A stretch of 63,635 nt of DNA, taken from IMG/VR virus record IMGVR_UViG_3300017734_000002, positions 1 through 63,635 of that record, one strand, 5' to 3'. The position numbers and the translations under genes were made by a program. The notes under the pieces were generated by a model. The model was not told where the DNA came from and did no database searches. It was given only the letters and a program-made list of their open reading frames with translations. Below, piece after piece: positions 8,794 through 14,832 of the stretch; within the stretch, counting starts at the first letter, position 1; each line of letters begins with the position of its first letter. The stretch comes from a virus (taxonomy: Duplodnaviria > Caudoviricetes).

Positions 8794-9057
8794 TTAATCA
8801 AGTAATACCATGTATGCTTTAGGATTATTAACTTTAAACCAGGTTAAAGCTAAATCAAATTTATTAACCGTTTGTTTAGTAGGCTTTAGTCCCATGCCCC
8901 ATATGTGGTTACAACCCATAATAAAATCATATATAGATAATTCTTTAGCGTTTAACTCATATGTATCGCCACTAAAAGGATTTCTTACAGTATCACCTTT
9001 AGTATATACTGTACCGTTAAACCATTTAGGTATTTTTTGTTCTTTAGTTTCCGACAT
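8794..9057 (-). CDS. Hypothetical protein
   Basis: 87-aa ORF ending WFKVNNPKAYMVLLD, co-oriented with neighbours. Confidence 0.7.
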   Translation of the reverse strand: MSETKEQKIPKWFNGTVYTKGDTVRNPFSGDTYELNAKELSIYDFIMGCNHIWGMGLKPTKQTVNKFDLALTWFKVNNPKAYMVLLD

Positions 9058-9179
9058 TTTTTCCTAGTATTAATGGTGATTCGTCCTTGTTTGATGTTAC
9101 AAAGTAACAAGCTTCACCTTCGTTTATATTTATTTCTTTGTTTTTAAATCTTTTTGGATAGTTATCCAATACATATTGT

Positions 9180-9629
9180 TTAATTTTTTGATTTTTCGTA
9201 CTCATAACCTTCTTCTATTAATTCGTTTTCAACTTCTTCTTTTATATCATTTACATAAGAGTCATATACTTCTGTAACCGCATCTTGTACATAATACTCT
9301 TCAAGATCTTCTACATATATAAGTTCATTATAATCTGTCATAGCTTCTACTAGTTTTTCTGATAAATCATTATCATAGTAGTGTACATCTTCACTTATAC
9401 ATACATTTCTACCATCACCACTTGTTGTAACCCATACTTCATAGCCATCTGCTGTGGTTTCACAGTATATGCTATAGTCTGGTGTATTGTTCCAGTTGTC
9501 TGTTAGTTCAAAATCGTAGTGTTTTTGTATTACTTTTAAAGCTTCATCGTGTTCAATATCAAACTTTACACCTTTATCTTCTAATCTTTTGTCGATTAGT
9601 TCTTCTGTTATTAATTTTTTAGTTACCAT
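9180..9629 (-). CDS. Acidic hypothetical protein
   Basis: 149-aa D/E-rich ORF. Confidence 0.7.
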   Translation of the reverse strand: MVTKKLITEELIDKRLEDKGVKFDIEHDEALKVIQKHYDFELTDNWNNTPDYSIYCETTADGYEVWVTTSGDGRNVCISEDVHYYDNDLSEKLVEAMTDYNELIYVEDLEEYYVQDAVTEVYDSYVNDIKEEVENELIEEGYEYEKSKN

Positions 9630-9897
9630 ATTCTATTGTTTTTTCATTAGTTACCATCCATTCACAGTCATTTACCTTATGACCCGCACCATATAAGAAT
9701 GACTCACAAGACTCTGTATCAGGATTCCATTTGTTTTCTTTTGTACATAACACGCTAATGTCATATCTATATATTTTGCCATCTGTAAAATCTAGTAAAA
9801 ATATATACTTAGCTGACTCATCAGCGTACACTGTTTCTTTACATTCACCTAGCATTTCTTCTTGCATCTCTTGCCATTTTCTCACTGAATCACTCAT
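9619..9897 (-). CDS. Hypothetical protein
   Basis: 92-aa ORF overlapping its neighbours in the operon. Confidence 0.65.
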   Translation of the reverse strand: MSDSVRKWQEMQEEMLGECKETVYADESAKYIFLLDFTDGKIYRYDISVLCTKENKWNPDTESCESFLYGAGHKVNDCEWMVTNEKTIEYGN

Positions 9898-10138
9898 AAT
9901 CTTTAGATATTAAAATGTTATCACCGTATTTAAAATCCCACGCAGTAACTTTAATTAACTCAATATCAGAAAATGTATATAACGTGCTAATGTCACTGAT
10001 TTTTAAGTTAGAATAAAAATATTCATTGCTTAGTGTTTTAATAACACTTAGTACACTGCCTTCATAGTTAGCTGTGTTTGCTAGCAAAGCCTCTTTAACC
10101 TCAGGCTTTAGTCTTTCGTAAATTGATAGTCTGTTCAT
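9890..10138 (-). CDS. Hypothetical protein
   Basis: 82-aa ORF directly downstream of promoter copy 2. Confidence 0.65.
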   Translation of the reverse strand: MNRLSIYERLKPEVKEALLANTANYEGSVLSVIKTLSNEYFYSNLKISDISTLYTFSDIELIKVTAWDFKYGDNILISKDYE

Positions 10139-10153
10139 GTTTATTATTTAATT

Positions 10154-10186
10154 ATATTATCCAATTATATTCGTATTTAGTATGTA
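10154..10186 (-). promoter_or_regulatory. Early promoter-like motif copy 2
   Basis: atattatcc-aattatat-tcgtatttagtatgta on + strand. Confidence 0.75.
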
Positions 10187-10249
10187 AACAGTAGGCATTG
10201 CGACTCGGTAACGCTGCACCCTTCTTGTCCAGGCTTGGTACCTACTGTT
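10187..10249 (-). ncRNA. Hairpin RNA module
   Basis: Closing stem aacagtagg/cctactgtt, GC-rich interior, no ORF. Confidence 0.45.
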
Positions 10250-10255
10250 AATTAG

Positions 10256-10381
10256 TGGACGTGGCAGGAATCGAACCCGCGTCTTCAAGGGGTAATAACT
10301 ATTGAGTGTTTTTAGTGCTGCCGCACTTGCATTATCACTCGCATTACTACTCGGTACCTTAAGCTAACCAATTTCACGCCC
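10256..10381 (-). ncRNA. Mini tmRNA-like RNA (tRNA-like domain only, 126 nt)
   Basis: GGGCGTG/CACGTCC acceptor with G3:U70 and A73, stemless D-loop with GG, AGAC linker, GCGGG-TTCGATT-CCTGC T arm, single long hairpin in place of the pseudoknots and mRNA domain. Confidence 0.75.
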
Positions 10382-10385
10382 ATAA

Positions 10386-10445
10386 AGCAGCAATAAAATG
10401 CACGTCATTTACCGGTGTGTACCCTGACTTATACTTACTACTGCT
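10386..10445 (-). ncRNA. Hairpin RNA module
   Basis: Minus strand AGCAGTAGTAA/TTATTGCTGCT stem (G:U pairs define the strand) and inner GTCA/TGAC. Confidence 0.45.
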
Positions 10446-10502
10446 AAACCGCTTCACAACCGTGCACTACTATTTCAAGCTGTGGTTGTTCTTCACGTAT
10501 TT

Positions 10503-10598
10503 GTAACTAGTGAGGATTCGAACCTCATACCCGTCGGTAGCCTAAGCGCGGTGCACCACTGTCTTTTGACCGGTGCGCGTCTTACCTGACCTAGTTCC
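10503..10598 (-). ncRNA. Anticodon-less tRNA-like RNA
   Basis: AACTAG/CTAGTT acceptor-like stem, GTC-AGGTAA-GAC D-like arm, TGAGG-TTCGAAT-CCTCA T arm. Confidence 0.6.
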
Positions 10599-10599
10599 C

Positions 10600-10678
10600 G
10601 CTAGCAATTCACTTATGTGTTAAAGTTACAAGGTGTCTGTTCTCGCCTACTTTAACCTAATTAAGCTACTCGTCTAGC
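10600..10678 (-). ncRNA. Long hairpin RNA module
   Basis: Nested stems GCTAG/CTAGC, CTTA/TAAG, GTTAAAGT/ACTTTAAC. Confidence 0.4.
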
Positions 10679-10866
10679 TATTTACGCCGCCAAGCTCTGT
10701 GCACTGATGCACTTACTTCTTGGCTAACGATTTGTATTGTATTACCTGTTTTGTGCTCGATTATAGGTACATAAGAGTACGTTTGAGTTGTACTACATGA
10801 AACACATGTTTTATATCCTAATTCTAAACGCACAGGGTGCACGTTGTTACCACATTTACAATACAT
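10678..10866 (-). CDS. DksA/TraR-like C4 zinc-finger protein
   Basis: CKCG..VHPVRL.LGYKTCVSC spacing resembles the DksA/TraR zinc finger. Confidence 0.55.
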   Translation of the reverse strand: MYCKCGNNVHPVRLELGYKTCVSCSTTQTYSYVPIIEHKTGNTIQIVSQEVSASVHRAWRRK

Positions 10867-10893
10867 AGTTATTTATTTTTATTTGTTACATAT

Positions 10894-10926
10894 ATATTAT
10901 CCAGAGTTATTCGTATTTAGTTTGTA
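10894..10926 (-). promoter_or_regulatory. Early promoter-like motif copy 3
   Basis: atattatcc-agagttat-tcgtatttagtttgta; would drive the Zn-finger gene and the ncRNA array. Confidence 0.75.
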
Positions 10927-11092
10927 ATAATTTATTTAACGCTACATTAATAACATATTCTCTCATTTCCATGTAGTCATCGCCGTCAAGTGGTTGGTCA
11001 GCTAGTTGCCAATCAACACTATCTTCAATGATTTCTTTCATGTGATCTGCTACACCTTGTGCAATCAAATCTAGTTCTTTCATTTTACTCAT
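10907..11092 (-). CDS. Hypothetical protein
   Basis: 61-aa ORF whose C-terminus (LQTKYE) is encoded by the promoter motif. Confidence 0.6.
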   Translation of the reverse strand: MSKMKELDLIAQGVADHMKEIIEDSVDWQLADQPLDGDDYMEMREYVINVALNKLLQTKYE

Positions 11093-11298
11093 TTTCCATA
11101 TATTTTATTTAACACTCTATCAATTACTGTTAGAGCTAAGTCACTATCATAAGCAATAAACTTTGATAATATATTAGTATAATCTATTCTATTTGCTATT
11201 GAATCACTAGTAAGTAAGTAAACAAGTGTTTTTATTACGTGGTTTTTATTACCATTTATCCATGTTTCTACATAATATGTAGCTTTTTCTGTTACCAT
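11089..11298 (-). CDS. Hypothetical protein
   Basis: 69-aa ORF with ATGA overlap. Confidence 0.6.
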   Translation of the reverse strand: MVTEKATYYVETWINGNKNHVIKTLVYLLTSDSIANRIDYTNILSKFIAYDSDLALTVIDRVLNKIYGK

Positions 11299-11435
11299 AT
11301 TATTTAAATTTATTAGCTACTTCGTATATTTCTTCTTTGTCATCTGAATCCATTCCATGTGTTTGTTGAGCGTACATACGTAGCACATAGTGTACAAAAG
11401 TGCAGTCGTTATCTGTTAGTTTTATATTTCTCATA

Positions 11436-11840
11436 TTAGTACATTGTTAAGTTTCTCATGTTATAATTTCTTTTGCAAAAGTCTATTATATACATAAGTC
11501 TCGCAAGCGGATCATGTATTAATTCTCTAGCATAACATATAGCTTTTGAAGTTTTTAGTTTACCGTCTTGTCCTATAACTGTCCATCTTTCTTCTCGCTT
11601 ATATACTTTGTTTAGTTGATATATTCTATCGCTTGAGTTACATCTTCTAACATAACCTGTTGTATAAGACGCTAGTTGATCGCCATTAGGTAACACAAAT
11701 TGTCTTGTGCCATTTTTCTTCTGTCTTTCAGTAGTCATTTCTTTAATATTATACTCGATAAACATACGTTTAGCGAACATATCTACTAGCTCTATACGTC
11801 TCTGTCTCCAGTCCATATTTTCTTGTTCTAAATCTCTCAT
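11436..11840 (-). CDS. Hypothetical protein
   Basis: Likely start MRDLEQ at 11840 (ATGA overlap with the upstream ORF). Confidence 0.65.
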   Translation of the reverse strand: MRDLEQENMDWRQRRIELVDMFAKRMFIEYNIKEMTTERQKKNGTRQFVLPNGDQLASYTTGYVRRCNSSDRIYQLNKVYKREERWTVIGQDGKLKTSKAICYARELIHDPLARLMYIIDFCKRNYNMRNLTMY

Positions 11841-12073
11841 AGGGTTTTTATTTGCTTTAATTGTTCTGTTGTAAATTTCTTTGATGTTTCTCGCCACATA
11901 CGGTTGTGAGTGAACTTTCTTGCTTTGCTGAATGTAGATTTCTGCTTGTATCGTACTCGATTGTACTCTGCATCGGTGAGTCCACTACACGTGCCGTTAT
12001 GGAGAACTAGACGTCTATGCCCATCTGCTCTGATTTTACGTTGTGCTTTTGCATAAGCGCACAATTCTTTCAT
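11837..12073 (-). CDS. Basic hypothetical protein
   Basis: Likely start MKELC; K/R-rich. Confidence 0.6.
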   Translation of the reverse strand: MKELCAYAKAQRKIRADGHRRLVLHNGTCSGLTDAEYNRVRYKQKSTFSKARKFTHNRMWRETSKKFTTEQLKQIKTL

Positions 12074-12081
12074 ATTAGTTA

Positions 12082-12267
12082 CTACCATGGTAATATAGTT
12101 TTTTCTATATAAGTTAAACCTTTGTAGTTAAACCATTGTGATTTACCTTGTTTTTCGTTTTGAAAAATAAAGCCGAATGAGTTAGGTATATTGCCTATTG
12201 AATAACCTTTGTAAGTTGTTTTGTTAAGGCGAATGTGATTGTTAGGTAAGAATTTAATTGATTGCAT
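12082..12267 (-). CDS. Hypothetical protein
   Basis: 61-aa ORF after promoter copy 4, A-rich leader. Confidence 0.6.
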   Translation of the reverse strand: MQSIKFLPNNHIRLNKTTYKGYSIGNIPNSFGFIFQNEKQGKSQWFNYKGLTYIEKTILPW

Positions 12268-12292
12268 AGTATATTATTTATGTTTTACATTG

Positions 12293-12325
12293 TTATTATC
12301 CAAGAGTAATCGTATTTAGTTTGTA
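12293..12325 (-). promoter_or_regulatory. Early promoter-like motif copy 4
   Basis: ttattatcc-aagagtaa-tcgtatttagtttgta. Confidence 0.75.
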
Positions 12326-12547
12326 TTATAACAAAGCTTTGTGAGCATTTTTACTTGCATAATTACCTAAAGCTTGACGCCATTCCCACTCGCGCTTGCG
12401 ATATTCATAGTCAGTACACCATTTCTTCATAGCTTTACTGTTAGTATTAGGATTGAAGTTAGCTTCAAACTCATCAATTTGTTGAAGTTTTTTAGTGATT
12501 AGACCTTTAACGTCTAGTTCTTTGAATTTAGCGTCTATAAATTGCAT
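12326..12547 (-). CDS. Hypothetical protein
   Basis: 73-aa ORF whose stop abuts the promoter motif. Confidence 0.6.
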   Translation of the reverse strand: MQFIDAKFKELDVKGLITKKLQQIDEFEANFNPNTNSKAMKKWCTDYEYRKREWEWRQALGNYASKNAHKALL

Positions 12548-12818
12548 AGTCTTTTAAAGTTTAAATAGTTAGTTAATAATGTTTCTTGTTGGTCTGAAGT
12601 ACACGTAGAGAATCCGAACTCGCCGAATACTTCTTGTGCCATTTTATCTAAATCTTGCATAGTATTATATTTTAGTAGAAGTCATCGTATATATCTCTAA
12701 CTTTAGACTTCTGTTCATCAGTTAGTTTAGTATAGTGCTTGTCGAATAGTCGCCAAGATATTTTTAGGAGAGTGTAAGAGTAATTGCACATAGTATTATT
12801 ATTTAATTAGTTAGTATT

Positions 12819-13004
12819 TTATTTTATTATCCGACTTTTGTCGTATTTAGTTTGTAATGGTTTTTCATAGTTTTCATCAGTGAGAGTCGCGAAGAGTAGT
12901 TCATCAAAGTAAACATCACTCGTCACAAATCTCTGCTGTAATTTACTGTAATATCCTCTATCCATATATTCCGAAACTTGTTGGTGCGCCAACTGTAAAC
13001 ACAT
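12819..13004 (-). CDS. Hypothetical protein
   Basis: 61-aa ORF running through promoter copy 5. Confidence 0.5.
   Translation of the reverse strand: MCLQLAHQQVSEYMDRGYYSKLQQRFVTSDVYFDELLFATLTDENYEKPLQTKYDKSRIIK
12824..12856 (-). promoter_or_regulatory. Early promoter-like motif copy 5
   Basis: ttattatcc-gacttttg-tcgtatttagtttgta. Confidence 0.75.
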
Positions 13005-13130
13005 GTATTAGTAGTGCAGCACATGAAAATATTATAAATGTTAGTGTTGCGTAAGATAGTACTTTAGTGATTACGTCAATCACTTTATTGTGATGGAATT
13101 TTGCCATAGTTATTTAGTTTTAAAGATTAG

Positions 13131-13171
13131 TAGACATGGTGAGAATCGAACTCACATTAACCATTATGTCT
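13131..13171 (-). ncRNA. tRNA minihelix-like RNA (acceptor plus T arm only)
   Basis: AGACAT/ATGTCT stem, short GG-containing linker, GTGAG-TTCGATT-CTCAC T arm, discriminator A. Confidence 0.55.
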
Positions 13172-13173
13172 TA

Positions 13174-13238
13174 CTCACGTGTATTTACCCTGCCCAGTTT
13201 TCCCGTTGCCTGAAGGTTCGGACAGTCACCTGTGTGAG
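13174..13238 (-). ncRNA. Hairpin RNA module directly upstream of the minihelix
   Basis: CTCAC/GTGAG and CTGTCC/GGGCAG stems in a GC-rich intergenic island. Confidence 0.4.
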
Positions 13239-13262
13239 ATTTTATTTGTAAAGAGTAGTTTA

Positions 13263-13490
13263 CTATTGTTCAACTACTTCACGTACACTTACTGGAACAC
13301 TTGTTGATGAAGTGTAAGATTTGTATTTGATAAAGCAAGGCATGTTTTCAAGTTTATCTTTCATAACTTCATACACTTTATCGTGATTGTAAGTGACAGT
13401 TTTGCCATTTTTGAAGTTAACAGTGATTGTTTGATTTTTGCCGATTAAAGATTTTCTGATTACAAATCTTTTAGAAATTAAATTTTGCAT
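13263..13490 (-). CDS. Hypothetical early protein
   Basis: 75-aa ORF immediately after promoter copy 6. Confidence 0.7.
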   Translation of the reverse strand: MQNLISKRFVIRKSLIGKNQTITVNFKNGKTVTYNHDKVYEVMKDKLENMPCFIKYKSYTSSTSVPVSVREVVEQ

Positions 13491-13524
13491 AGTTATTATT
13501 ATTTATTAGTTATTATTTACATTT

Positions 13525-13557
13525 ATATTATCCACAATGGTTCGTATTTAGTTTGTG
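13525..13557 (-). promoter_or_regulatory. Early promoter-like motif copy 6
   Basis: atattatcc-acaatggt-tcgtatttagtttgtg. Confidence 0.75.
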
Positions 13558-13696
13558 AATTTATTTTGAAATCTTTGAAAGTAATATATTTCATTAATTA
13601 ATTCTTGTGGCAACAATTGTTGTAAAAGTATTTCTTGATTTGATTGAAGAAATGTAGTTAATTGCTTTATGTAGTATATTCGTTTCATATTCAATT

Positions 13697-13729
13697 ATAT
13701 TATCCATTTGAGTTCGTATTTACATTGTA
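13697..13729 (-). promoter_or_regulatory. Early promoter-like motif copy 7 (outermost)
   Basis: atattatcc-atttgagt-tcgtatttacattgta. Confidence 0.7.
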
Positions 13730-13758
13730 AAAAGTATATGAATTGTTTAGTAATAGAA

Positions 13759-13866
13759 TATGTCAGTATGTCATTCCACACTATGTCACAATGTCATACA
13801 ATATAATTATTAAGTATATGTCGTAATGTCATGACAATCAGTCATATGTGTCATGTCAAATTGTCA
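13759..13866. repeat. TGTCA iteron-like array
   Basis: TGTC(A/G) pairs 8 bp apart at 13761/13769, 13784/13792, 13819/13827 and 13854/13862, plus extra sites at 13832 (TGACA) and 13849. Confidence 0.7.
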
Positions 13867-14124
13867 TAATAGTTATGAAGGTTTGGCATGGTTGTTGAGG
13901 TGTCGGCGAGTGACAGCGTATAATGTAAACGAATGCATGTGTAAAAACGGGTAATGCACAGATAGTTGAGGATAAAAACAAGGTGAGTTAATGGGTATAT
14001 AATAGGATAAAATAAAAATAAGGGTGGGGCTGGGTCAAAACATTTGGCTTTCTGTTTAGGCGTAATGGTGGGGAGGGAGGGGGCAACACTATACCCCTAA
14101 TTATCTGACATTTTTTTAAAAACG

Positions 14125-14167
14125 TGACAGTAGCCTTATAAGATATATAAGTAAGCCCCTATTGTCA
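14125..14167. promoter_or_regulatory. 43-bp TGACA-N33-TGTCA dyad element, copy 2
   Basis: tgacagtagccttataagatatataagtaagcccctattgtca. Confidence 0.6.
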
Positions 14168-14186
14168 CACTTTAAAACATTTTAAA

Positions 14187-14200
14187 TATATGTGATTATA
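14187..14200 (+). promoter_or_regulatory. Putative late promoter TATATGTGATTATA
   Basis: 5 nt before the first late ORF; identical to 4433-4446 on the minus strand. Confidence 0.5.
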
Positions 14201-14205
14201 CTCAT

Positions 14206-14442
14206 ATGGCAAAGAAAAGAAGAGGAAACTCGCAAGGATTATCCCCTACTGCTTTAAAAGCAAAGAGAGAAAGAGATTTAGCTATGGCTAAGACACCTAG
14301 GCGTACAGCCATGAGATCTCAAAACCAAAGCATAGGCCAAACCTCAACCAGAGATATACATCATGTTAACGGTGTAGCTGGTAAAACAATATACCAGTCT
14401 ATATCTGAAAACAGAGATACAAGTAAAGAAAGAAACGCATAA
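14206..14442 (+). CDS. Small basic protein with degenerate HNH-like motif
   Basis: RDIHHVNG...SENR. Confidence 0.5.
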   Translation: MAKKRRGNSQGLSPTALKAKRERDLAMAKTPRRTAMRSQNQSIGQTSTRDIHHVNGVAGKTIYQSISENRDTSKERNA

Positions 14443-14484
14443 GCGTAACCCGGCAATAATGCCAATAACCTAAATACCAAAACA

Positions 14485-14811
14485 ATGACGTATTTTTATT
14501 ACAAGACTAATACGTGGAATAGTCAACCACAACCACAATTAACCGAAGAAACAATAAACCTTTGGAAACACCTCGCAGATAAAAAGAACTGGAGGATTGT
14601 ACAACTACCAAATGGATTCTTTCAAACAGAATACAAAGACATCGATTGTCCTTGTGATCCTGAAAAAGATGATTGCTGTGAAAAATGGCATGATGTCACA
14701 AGAAGAGAAACTATAGAAGGTGCAGAAGCTGCTATTGATGGATCAGTAGAGCACTATGCTAAAAAAGTAGATTTCTTAAAAGGACCAAAAGTAGTTAAAA
14801 CATTTAAATAA
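14485..14811 (+). CDS. Hypothetical protein
   Basis: 108-aa ORF upstream of groEL. Confidence 0.75.
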   Translation: MTYFYYKTNTWNSQPQPQLTEETINLWKHLADKKNWRIVQLPNGFFQTEYKDIDCPCDPEKDDCCEKWHDVTRRETIEGAEAAIDGSVEHYAKKVDFLKGPKVVKTFK

Positions 14812-14832
14812 CATATAATATAATTTAATCTA

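Noticed and set aside
10256-10285. tmRNA/tRNA 3' fragments as attP sites
   Set aside because: The matching 5' acceptor strands are present and pair, and no integrase is visible in the window
10300-10352. Possible tag frame ASDNASAAAL inside the mini-tmRNA
   Set aside because: No stop follows the alanines, and the segment is paired in the hairpin with no upstream pseudoknot; not accepted as an mRNA-like domain
13174-13238. SRP (4.5S) RNA, suggested by GAACC..TCAGG
   Set aside because: Lacks the GNRA-capped helix and AGCAG partner strand of SRP domain IV
8213-13729. 33-bp repeats as a CRISPR array
   Set aside because: Spacing is irregular (170-1900 bp) with genes between copies, the core is variable and there are no cas genes
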